DNA from: Acidobacteria bacterium UBA823
Lineage (GTDB): Bacteria > Acidobacteriota > Vicinamibacteria > Vicinamibacterales > UBA823
Direction: 5' to 3'
Assembly: GCA_002296225.1 (NCBI GenBank)
Contig: DBHR01000087.1
Span: 12,976-76,975, forward strand
Length of the DNA stretch: 64,000 nucleotides
The position numbers were made by a program, and so were the translations under genes. Below the pieces are notes generated by a model. It worked only from the letters and a program-made list of their open reading frames with translations. It made no database searches and was not told the origin of the DNA. Below are positions 19,580 through 27,530 of the stretch, piece by piece (the first letter of the stretch is position 1; each line of letters opens with the position of its first letter).

Positions 19580-21318
19580 GATTCCGTAGCGCCCACACCT
19601 GAGCCGGTGTCGAACAAGCGGGCAAACGCACCGCCGCGAGCCATCAGTTCAGATGGCGAGCCCTGCTCGACCACATTCGCGCCATCGAGCACAATCACCC
19701 GATCAGCCTGCCGCGCAAGCTCTAGCCGATGGGACACAACGATCGTCGTCCGGGCGCGCATGAGCACCTCATACCCCGTCATCACCTGCCGAGCCGTCGC
19801 GGGGTCGAGCGATGCGGTGGGCTCATCCAGTATCAGAACGGCCGGCGCCATTAGGAATGCCCGAGCGATCGCGACCCGCTGCCGCTCACCGGCCGACAGC
19901 GCCCGACCTCGCTCTCCGACTTGGGTGGCGTAACCCTCGGGCAGTCCGGCGACGAAGCCCTCAAGACCGGCCGCGCGCACGGCGGCTGCCAGATCCTCAT
20001 CGGTCGCCTCCGGCCGGGCGTATCGAAGGTTCTCGGATAGTGTCGCGTGAAAAAGAAACGGCTCTTGATCGACAAGGGCAATGTGACGGCGGACCTCACG
20101 GAGTGGAATCTCGCGGAGATCCCGGCCGTCCAGCAACACCCGGCCCTGGTCCGGGTCAATGAGCCGAAGTAAGAGATCGGTCAACGTCGACTTCCCACTG
20201 CCACTGGGACCCACGACAACCAGCATCTCGCCCGGCGCAACGTCCATCGACACGTCCTCAAGCGACGGTTCCCCGCGATCGAAGGACACGGTAACGTGCT
20301 CCATTGTCACCCGACCGCGCACCTGGTCGAACGTGACGCCGCCGGGCGGGTCCACGACCTCCACGTTAGCGTCTAGAAGTTCGTGCACGCGTCCTAGCGA
20401 AACCTTGGCCGTAGCCAGGCTCGCATAGAGTCCCATCAACGCCTGCAGGGGTGGGAGGACGCGCGCTTGGTAGGCCATAACCGCGACCAACGTCCCCATC
20501 GTGACCGTGCCGTCAATGACTCGGCTGCCGCCGTACAGAAAGACGATCGCCGTGCTTCCCGAGAGAATGAGGCCGGGCAATCCACCCGACAGGTACGTGA
20601 CCCACTGCATTGACATGAGCGCGTCCACGAACGCATCGTTGCGCTGTCGAAAGCGGTCGACCTCTCGCGTTTGAGCATTTGACGTCACGACCAGCTTCAT
20701 GCCCTGGATCGTTTCGATCAGAAAGCTTCCAATATCCGCACTGCGCGCGCGGACGGTTCGGACCCGTCCCTCCAGCCGCCGCCGATAGCGCACGAGTGCC
20801 CAGAGGCTCGGCGGCAGCAGGCACAGGCTCACGACGAAGAGTCGCACGTCAAGCCAGATCAGCATACCGAGCGAACCAACTAGAAAGATTACGTTGCCGA
20901 GTGTGGCGAGCACTGCCTCGGACGCGACTCGCTGAATTTCGCCGATGTCGTTGTTGATGCGCGACATGATGTCGCCAAGCCGCGTTTGCGCGTAAAACCG
21001 TGGTGACAAGCACTGCAGGTGCCGATAGAGCGCCAAGCGCATGTCGAACAAAATCGCGGCCGACACACGCGTATACCTCAACCCACTCACAATGTTGAGC
21101 GCAAAGCTCGCGATTGTGATCAGCACGAACGTGAGCACGATTCGCCGAAGTACACCGCCGTCACCCCCCAGCAACGCACTGTCGACCAAGCTGCGCGACA
21201 GATACGGCACGTAGAGCGCTAGGCCCGTGCTCGTCAAGCTGATTACGAGAACGAGCAGCAGTCGGTGCCAATACGGCACCACATACGCCAGCGCGCGGTG
21301 AAACTGGGGATCTAGCAA
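19576..21318 (-). CDS. qhpF: ABC exporter (fused TMD-NBD), QhpF-like
   Basis: Six-TM exporter domain followed by Walker A GPSGSGKST, LSAGERQRVAIARAF and ILDEPTASLD. TTG start. It sits between the second qhpB copy and qhpE. Confidence 0.85.
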   Translation of the reverse strand: MLDPQFHRALAYVVPYWHRLLLVLVISLTSTGLALYVPYLSRSLVDSALLGGDGGVLRRIVLTFVLITIASFALNIVSGLRYTRVSAAILFDMRLALYRHLQCLSPRFYAQTRLGDIMSRINNDIGEIQRVASEAVLATLGNVIFLVGSLGMLIWLDVRLFVVSLCLLPPSLWALVRYRRRLEGRVRTVRARSADIGSFLIETIQGMKLVVTSNAQTREVDRFRQRNDAFVDALMSMQWVTYLSGGLPGLILSGSTAIVFLYGGSRVIDGTVTMGTLVAVMAYQARVLPPLQALMGLYASLATAKVSLGRVHELLDANVEVVDPPGGVTFDQVRGRVTMEHVTVSFDRGEPSLEDVSMDVAPGEMLVVVGPSGSGKSTLTDLLLRLIDPDQGRVLLDGRDLREIPLREVRRHIALVDQEPFLFHATLSENLRYARPEATDEDLAAAVRAAGLEGFVAGLPEGYATQVGERGRALSAGERQRVAIARAFLMAPAVLILDEPTASLDPATARQVMTGYEVLMRARTTIVVSHRLELARQADRVIVLDGANVVEQGSPSELMARGGAFARLFDTGSGVGATES

Positions 21319-21347
21319 GGGGAGCGTCAGACGTCAGGCGCCAAATA

Positions 21348-22454
21348 TCACTCTGGCGGCATGACGATCAAATCGGTCGTGGCGTCGGCTTCGAGGTCAA
21401 GCGTACGCAAGTATCGGAACGTGTCGGACTCGTAAATGTCGATCGTTTGGCCAGCCTGATAAACATACAGCAATTGACCGTTCGTGCTCGGCTTCACCCG
21501 CATCCTTGGCCGACCCGCAAACCGTAGCCTAGCGTCGAGTCGGCGGTTCTCTAAATCGAATGCCCAGAACTCATAATGCCCGATTTCCTGGACGAGTCCG
21601 TAGGCCTTTGTTCGGTCCGCCGTCATGTTAAAACTAACCTTGGTCGCCGGCCCGAGCGTGTAGAAGTACTCGACTCTTTTCTCGTTGAGATTGACACGCG
21701 CAACGCCCATCTGCCGACCATCCCGCACAGGTGACCCCACCGTGAAGAGGCCCGTATAAAACCCGAATTCTTCGTTGAGCCCTCCGCTAAAGCCGAAGCG
21801 CATCGGGCCGAGACCAGGCTCAAGCGGTTCCGAGAGATCCCATCGATCGACTTCAGTGAAATCGGCCGTTTCGTAGATCACGACTTGGTCGAGAAAGAAG
21901 TACAGAAGTGAACCGTCGGGCGAAAACAACATATTGAGCTGCTGCTGCTGCTCGCCGTCCGGCCAGGGAATAGCCCGCATGAACTCGTGCGTTGACAGGT
22001 CGTACTGTGACAGCTCATGTGAATCAATCTCAAACCGGTCGACCAGCTTTGTCGATGAGCGCGTCAAGAGGATGACGTAGCGTTCCTCGGGATCAACGGC
22101 GAAACTTTCGATTCGAGTCCTCGTGCTCCCCTGGCTAAGCGTGAGCGTGTCGAGCGTCGAACGGGTGGCGATGTCAATGACCTCAAAATACTCTGCCGTC
22201 ATGTCGTTCAAGTAGAACCGCTGCTGGTCCGTAGAAAGCGTTAGGTTCCTCGGCATCCCGGACGTCACCTGAATCTCGTCGACCACCTGCTCGGTAGCCT
22301 CGTCGATGACGTAGATTTTGTGCGCGTATCCGCCAATGTAGAGCGTGCTGTTTCCGCCCGTTAGGCGCGTGTCTTCCTTGCCCTGCGCCTGCACCGCCGC
22401 GCTGGCGAGCCCGAAGAGCGCAATCAGGCACGCCATCCGAATCAGATACACCAT
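21348..22454 (-). CDS. qhpB: QHNDH beta subunit-like beta-propeller, copy 2
   Basis: Signal peptide MVYLIRMACLIALFGLASAAVQAQ. It is homologous along its whole length to the ORF at 22832-23944. I chose the ATG at 22454 because it gives a 22-nt gap after the gamma copy, mirroring the 24-nt gap in copy 1. The ORF is open to 22496. Confidence 0.8.
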   Translation of the reverse strand: MVYLIRMACLIALFGLASAAVQAQGKEDTRLTGGNSTLYIGGYAHKIYVIDEATEQVVDEIQVTSGMPRNLTLSTDQQRFYLNDMTAEYFEVIDIATRSTLDTLTLSQGSTRTRIESFAVDPEERYVILLTRSSTKLVDRFEIDSHELSQYDLSTHEFMRAIPWPDGEQQQQLNMLFSPDGSLLYFFLDQVVIYETADFTEVDRWDLSEPLEPGLGPMRFGFSGGLNEEFGFYTGLFTVGSPVRDGRQMGVARVNLNEKRVEYFYTLGPATKVSFNMTADRTKAYGLVQEIGHYEFWAFDLENRRLDARLRFAGRPRMRVKPSTNGQLLYVYQAGQTIDIYESDTFRYLRTLDLEADATTDLIVMPPE

Positions 22455-22476
22455 GACATTCTTCGAGGCTCGGCGA

Positions 22477-22818
22477 TCAGGGGAAGATAAGGTCAATTTT
22501 CCGCCAGTCCTTTTGGGCTGACGCGCAGGTAGCCGTCCAATCCGGCGCGTGGTTTAATTGGTCCGGCACCTGAGCGGGCCAGAAACACCCAAGATGACAG
22601 TCGAACAGATCCCGCTCGACCGGAGAACAAAGTCCCGCGGTGCCACCTTCAATGTCGACCTCCCACCCAGGGAAGAAGACGAACGAGCATCCTAGCGGAA
22701 TGTGCGCATCTGGCCGTAGCGCCCTCTGTTGCAGCGCCACAACGTCCCGTCCGGCCTCAGCTTCGACATGCTGTTTGACGCGGTCGGCCTTCTGATTAAC
22801 TGGCTTGAGATGTTTCAT
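22477..22818 (-). CDS. qhpC: QHNDH gamma subunit precursor (CTQ and thioether-crosslinked peptide), copy 2
   Basis: Length 113 aa. The core GCSFVFFPGWEVD ... GLCSPVERD ... DCHLGCFWPAQVPD ... KDWRKIDLIFP matches the spacing I recall for P. denitrificans QhpC (Cys7-Glu16, Cys27-Asp33, Cys37/Trp43 CTQ, Cys41-Asp49). Confidence 0.85.
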   Translation of the reverse strand: MKHLKPVNQKADRVKQHVEAEAGRDVVALQQRALRPDAHIPLGCSFVFFPGWEVDIEGGTAGLCSPVERDLFDCHLGCFWPAQVPDQLNHAPDWTATCASAQKDWRKIDLIFP

Positions 22819-22831
22819 CGGTCACTCGTCC

Positions 22832-23944
22832 TTAGTTGGGCGGAATGACGAACAGATTCGTCCTTTGGTCCGCTTCGAGCTCAAGTGTTCGCAGGTATCG
22901 GTAGGTCCCGGCTTCGTAGACGTCGATCGTTTCTCCAGCGTAATAGAGATACAGTAGCTGGCCGTTCGAACTTGGCTTCAAGAGCAACCGCGGCCGGCCG
23001 TGGAATCGCTGCCGCGGGCCCAAGCGCCGATTCTCCAGGTCGAAGGACCAGAATTCAGTTTGACCGTACTCCTTTGCGAGGCCATAGGCCATCGTCCGGT
23101 CCGGTGTTAGGTTGAAACTGACTCCGATCGCCGGTCCGAGGGTGTAGAAGTAGTCGATCTTCTTCTCAGTGAGGTTCACTCGCGCCACGCCCATTTGCCG
23201 TCCGTCCCGAACCGGCGATTGGACAGTGAACAGGCCGGTGTATAACCCGGGTTCTTCGTTGATCAGATCACGAAAGCCGAATTGTATCCGGCCGAGCCCA
23301 GGTTCCAATGGCTGCGACAGGTCCCAGCGATCCACTTCGGTGAAATTAGTTGTTTCGTAGATAATGATTTCATCGAGGAAGAAATAAAGCAGCGATCCAT
23401 CAGGTGAAAAAACCATGTTGAGGGGTGCCCGACCGGGTCGTCGAGACGTCGGCCACGGAATGTCCCGCACAATCTCATGGGCACCGAGGTCGTACTGCAC
23501 GAGCCGCATTGGGTCAATTTCGAAGCGGTCGACGAGCTTCGTCGTCGCCCAGGTCTGGATGATGAGATAGCGCTCCTTCGGGTCTATCTCAAAGTTGCGA
23601 ATACGGACCTTCTTACTCCCATCGCTCAGTGTGAACGCATCGAGTGTCGAACGAGATGCAATATCGATGATCTCGATATGTTCCATCGTTGTATCGTAGA
23701 GGTAGAAACGCTCGCGGTCAGCCGATAGCGTCATGACTCTTGGAGTCCCGGTACTGACCCGGATTTCGTCCACGACTTGTTCAGTGGCTTCGTCGATGAC
23801 GTAGATCTTCTGGGCGAAGCCACCTATGTAAAGCGTGCCGTTGCCGCCTGTCAGTTGTGAGCCGTTCTGGGCGCTAGCCGGTGCATTCAGGAACGCAAAC
23901 ACGCAAGCGATGATTACCGGACGAAAATATCGCATGGCCGTCAC
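22832..23944 (-). CDS. qhpB: QHNDH beta subunit-like beta-propeller, copy 1
   Basis: Signal peptide ending in APASAQ. Blocks shared with copy 2 include KIYVIDEATEQVVDEI, VDRFEID, FSPDGSLLYFFLD, FTEVDRWDLS, SPVRDGRQMGVARVNL and FDLENRRL. Confidence 0.8.
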   Translation of the reverse strand: MTAMRYFRPVIIACVFAFLNAPASAQNGSQLTGGNGTLYIGGFAQKIYVIDEATEQVVDEIRVSTGTPRVMTLSADRERFYLYDTTMEHIEIIDIASRSTLDAFTLSDGSKKVRIRNFEIDPKERYLIIQTWATTKLVDRFEIDPMRLVQYDLGAHEIVRDIPWPTSRRPGRAPLNMVFSPDGSLLYFFLDEIIIYETTNFTEVDRWDLSQPLEPGLGRIQFGFRDLINEEPGLYTGLFTVQSPVRDGRQMGVARVNLTEKKIDYFYTLGPAIGVSFNLTPDRTMAYGLAKEYGQTEFWSFDLENRRLGPRQRFHGRPRLLLKPSSNGQLLYLYYAGETIDVYEAGTYRYLRTLELEADQRTNLFVIPPN

Positions 23945-23968
23945 CAGAGATCAGTTTCCGGATCGAAG

Positions 23969-24310
23969 TCAGGGGAAGATGAGATCGACCTTCCGCCAAT
24001 CCTTTTGAGCTGCCGCGCAGGTAGCCGTCCAATCTGGCGCGTGGTTTAGCTCGTCTGGCACCTGCGCCGGCCAGAAACACCCCGCGTAACAGTCGAACAG
24101 GTCTCGCTCGATTGGAGAACAGAGTCCAGCAGTGCCACCTTCGATATCCACTTCCCACCCCGGTGAGAAGACGAACGAGCACCCAAGCGGCACGTGTATG
24201 CCTGGCCGCAGCGGGCCCTGCTGTAACGCCACTACGTCACGTTGGTCGGTGGCTTCGAGGTGGTGCCGGACTCGCTCGGCTTTTTGATTAACTGGTTTGA
24301 GATGCTTCAT
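23969..24310 (-). CDS. qhpC: QHNDH gamma subunit precursor, copy 1
   Basis: Length 113 aa, with the same length and crosslink spacing as copy 2. It differs from copy 2 at 19 of 113 positions by my manual alignment. The start overlaps the 3' end of qhpD by 23 nt. Confidence 0.85.
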   Translation of the reverse strand: MKHLKPVNQKAERVRHHLEATDQRDVVALQQGPLRPGIHVPLGCSFVFSPGWEVDIEGGTAGLCSPIERDLFDCYAGCFWPAQVPDELNHAPDWTATCAAAQKDWRKVDLIFP

Positions 24311-25745
24311 CCGTCATTCGTCCTTCGAAACGCGAAAGGTACACCGGATTCCGCTCGGCGAGCTCGCCGTAAATGCGGAGGCAGATGTCGGTCCACTCAC
24401 GGATCCAGTCGCAGTAGTGCAGATTCGGATGGTCAGTCGTCCCGTACCGCGTCTGTGCTTCATGGTAGCAACCACCGGCGCAGAGCGGACGCGCCCAGCA
24501 CGTCCGGCAATCGGTCTTGTGCTCTATATGATGCCGGTCAAGAAATTCGGCTTGCCGCGCCCGGTCGATGCCGTCATCGACCGTTCCCAGCGCGTGATCG
24601 GGGGACCCGGCAAACCGGTGGCACAACGCGACCTGACCGTCGGTGGCAACCCCCATCAGGCCGAGTCCGGCCCCGCACGGGTAGGCCTTGCTGGCCCCCT
24701 TGTGAATCTCCTCTAGTGTGTCCTTGACATTCGCAAACCCGTGGTGCCGGCTCTCCAACGCGTGCGCGAGGAATTCCTTCGCCAGCGCCTGAAACTGGCC
24801 GAGCATCTTGTCGAACCCGCCGTCCTCAATTGCGTATTGCCGGTCCGGCGACGTGGTCACGGGTGCGAAGCCCACCTCGCGGAAGCCAACCTCCTCGGTG
24901 AGGTGACGAAAAATTCGTTGAGCGTCCAACGTCTGCGACGTCAATGTCACACGGGCGCCGATTGGCTTAGCCGTGTGACGCCGCAGCAGTTCCCGGATCT
25001 TCGGCATCGCCACGTCGTAGCTGCCCGCACCGCTGTGAAAAACGCGGAACTTGTCCTGCATATCCTGCGGACCGTCGATCGAAATCGTGACGGCGATGTC
25101 ATTCTCGATCAAGAAGTCAATGACGTCTGGTTGGAGCAGCGTCCCGTTCGTCGTCAGATTGAACTCGACCCGCTTACCGACCTCGGTTGCGCGCTGCCGT
25201 GCGTAGGGAATCGCGACCCTAAGAACGGGCATGTTCAGCAGCGTCTCGCCGCCGAACAAGGTCATGTGCACGACCTTGTTCTGGCCGGCCTCACGGAACA
25301 TGAAGTCGACACTCTGCTTGGCCGTCTCCTCCGACATGAACTTCGGCTGCGTTCCGTTGGCCGTGTCGACGAGTTTGTCTTCTCCATATTCGTAGCAGTA
25401 GGTGCACGCAAGGTTACATTGGTTGGTGACGTTCATCACCATCGTCGTCAGCGGGAACGGCTCGAGCGGTATCACCTTCGGGATTAACTGTGGAGCCTCG
25501 TTCACAGGCACGATGGCTTGAACACGCCGGAGTTCGTCCAGCCCCTCGTCGAGTTCGGCTACGGACCAACGCGTTCCGAGCACCGCCAGGATCTCTTCGC
25601 GGGCGCGAGGTTCGGTATCCAGTAACTCGAGAATTGTCCGGCTCACGTCATCAAGCGCAAAAATCGCCGCACTACGAAGATAAAGAAACGCCTTCCCCGC
25701 TGCGTCGAACCGATGCAGATGCTGAGTACGGAAACGTGCTGCCAT
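24288..25745 (-). CDS. qhpD: radical SAM/SPASM maturase, QhpD-like
   Basis: CX3CX2C motif NQCNLACTYCYE and a C-terminal SPASM-type Cys cluster (AYPCGAG ... CHRF ... CRTCWARPLCAGGCYHE). The ATG directly abuts the qhpA stop. Confidence 0.9.
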   Translation of the reverse strand: MAARFRTQHLHRFDAAGKAFLYLRSAAIFALDDVSRTILELLDTEPRAREEILAVLGTRWSVAELDEGLDELRRVQAIVPVNEAPQLIPKVIPLEPFPLTTMVMNVTNQCNLACTYCYEYGEDKLVDTANGTQPKFMSEETAKQSVDFMFREAGQNKVVHMTLFGGETLLNMPVLRVAIPYARQRATEVGKRVEFNLTTNGTLLQPDVIDFLIENDIAVTISIDGPQDMQDKFRVFHSGAGSYDVAMPKIRELLRRHTAKPIGARVTLTSQTLDAQRIFRHLTEEVGFREVGFAPVTTSPDRQYAIEDGGFDKMLGQFQALAKEFLAHALESRHHGFANVKDTLEEIHKGASKAYPCGAGLGLMGVATDGQVALCHRFAGSPDHALGTVDDGIDRARQAEFLDRHHIEHKTDCRTCWARPLCAGGCYHEAQTRYGTTDHPNLHYCDWIREWTDICLRIYGELAERNPVYLSRFEGRMTDEASQTS

Positions 25746-27443
25746 CTAGCGCCCCATCTCCCACGAATCCCACCGCATGTAAACCGGAACGGTAACTACT
25801 AGGTGGGCGCGCGCCCTGAGCGGCATGGCAGCACCTTCCGGCGTGAACGTGGCCACGACCCAGACGTCACCGATGTTGTTTCGGTTGCCGACCCGTTCGG
25901 GATTCGGCCCATCCACGGCCGGTGTAAACAATCCGGTTTGGTCGAGTGATCCGACGAATCTCAGGTCTTCATCGCCGTAGGTGGCAGAGTATTCCTCAAG
26001 ATTCCAGGTGGGTTCGACGGCGCCGAGGTTCAAATCATCATCCGTGCGCGGTTTGCCGTCTGGGCCATCGTGCCATGCCACGGCATCAAACTGCTCATAC
26101 TGCTTTGGCACGATGACGCCGCCCACACGCGCCATCCCCCGCAAGGGCTCAACGGCAACCCGGTCCACTTGGTCATACACCACCAATGCCCGCTCGGCTA
26201 TGGCTCGACCCACGAAAACGTCCCTAGCACCGACGCTCGCTCCGTCCGACACAGCGACCCGAACAGTGGCCGCACCAGGCGTGACACTGACGACCTCCAA
26301 CACCTGGATTCCGGCGCCAAGATCGACGTCCGCAGGCACCAACTCTGCGGGAAGATTGTCGCCGTAGATGCTCACCACTTGACCGTTGGTCGACGTGCGC
26401 ACAGCCCGAGGATGGACGCCAGAAATCACCGGCGCCTCGTTGACGCGTGTGAGCGTCACGGCGAGGCCGATTTCATCGAACGCACCTCGAAACCACCGCC
26501 CAGAAATAGATCTCCAATCGCGCTCAACAAACATTACCTGGCGCCACTCGGTGTCACCGCCAACCACTTCAGATGACCCACGCCACTGAAACCCGGTGTA
26601 GACGATGGACCGACCCGTATGAGTCACCGACCGCCCGTCGCGTGCGTACACCAACGTCGCGTCGGTAGTGAACTCCACATCGCTGCCTTGCGCGGCGACG
26701 ACCGTCATCCGCCCGAATAAGGGACCGTTGCCAGAATGGTTCCCGGACACCGCCCAAGTCCCTTCGAGCTTCGGCGGACGGAGATTCGCCGACCACGCAG
26801 CCCACGCCGATGTCTGCAGTGGAAACACCTCGGCCAAATGGTCGATCGCCCGATTCATCGGATGTCGACGCTCTGGCGTCTCATTCGGAGCCGGAGGTTC
26901 GCGAACGACCATCCCGTCTTCGAGAAATCCTTGTCGATCAGCGAACGGATAATAGCCGCGGTGCATCGCCACCACCAGCGCCCACTCCTCCCTAGTGCGG
27001 CGTTGATTGAGGATCCGCCCCATCGAGTGGCATGCGCTGCACGTCGCCTCGGTGTCCCGGTCGGCCTCGTACTCGTACTCGATAAGCTCACGTTGGACCT
27101 CAAACGCGCCGTCTCGCGCCTCTTCCGGCGCGAGTCCAAGATGGTTCGAAAGATACCGCACGACCTCACGCGCTTCATCTAAATCGAGCACCACGTCATT
27201 CAAGCTAACCATGCGCTTGATCGTCTGTTGCCATCCTTCCGGCGTCGTCCGACGGTAGGAGATCCGAGATAGGATCTGCGGGTCGTCGGTTACATGACAA
27301 ACACCGCAAGCCTCAATGACTGTCGAGTTGTCGATCCGGATACCGGTTGTCTCCGTCCGGTCAACCTGACCGGCCGCGGCATAAACCGGGACCCAAGCCA
27401 TAAGCAGAAAGCCCAGCAGGGTGCGCATCGTCACGGCTACCAT
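25746..27443 (-). CDS. qhpA: QHNDH alpha subunit-like dihaem cytochrome c
   Basis: Two CXXCH motifs (CGVCH, CSACH) in the N-terminal region, then a long beta-rich region. Signal peptide MRTLLGFLLMAWVPVYAAAGQ. The start is uncertain (ATG at 27443 or 27428; ORF open to 27500). Confidence 0.8.
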   Translation of the reverse strand: MVAVTMRTLLGFLLMAWVPVYAAAGQVDRTETTGIRIDNSTVIEACGVCHVTDDPQILSRISYRRTTPEGWQQTIKRMVSLNDVVLDLDEAREVVRYLSNHLGLAPEEARDGAFEVQRELIEYEYEADRDTEATCSACHSMGRILNQRRTREEWALVVAMHRGYYPFADRQGFLEDGMVVREPPAPNETPERRHPMNRAIDHLAEVFPLQTSAWAAWSANLRPPKLEGTWAVSGNHSGNGPLFGRMTVVAAQGSDVEFTTDATLVYARDGRSVTHTGRSIVYTGFQWRGSSEVVGGDTEWRQVMFVERDWRSISGRWFRGAFDEIGLAVTLTRVNEAPVISGVHPRAVRTSTNGQVVSIYGDNLPAELVPADVDLGAGIQVLEVVSVTPGAATVRVAVSDGASVGARDVFVGRAIAERALVVYDQVDRVAVEPLRGMARVGGVIVPKQYEQFDAVAWHDGPDGKPRTDDDLNLGAVEPTWNLEEYSATYGDEDLRFVGSLDQTGLFTPAVDGPNPERVGNRNNIGDVWVVATFTPEGAAMPLRARAHLVVTVPVYMRWDSWEMGR

Positions 27444-27530
27444 AGTTCGAGAATACCTGAGGTGCCGCTTCTTTGTAACACAAGGGCCTGGCGAGAACAA
27501 TCGGGGGTTTCAGACTGCTTGAGAGTCTTC

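Larger units (their letters stand above)
21348..24310. repeat. diverged tandem duplication of the qhpC-qhpB (gamma-beta) module, two units of about 1.47-1.48 kb
   Basis: Unit 1 is 22832-24310 and unit 2 is 21348-22818. Both start with near-identical RBS and start context (AGGACGA[A/G]TGAC[G/C]GATGAA). The units are collinear at protein level with many synonymous nucleotide differences. Confidence 0.85.

Noticed and set aside
19253-19933. A 226-aa plus-strand ORF spanning the qhpE/qhpF junction
   Set aside because: It is antisense to two genes with clear catalytic motifs. It has a shadow-frame composition.
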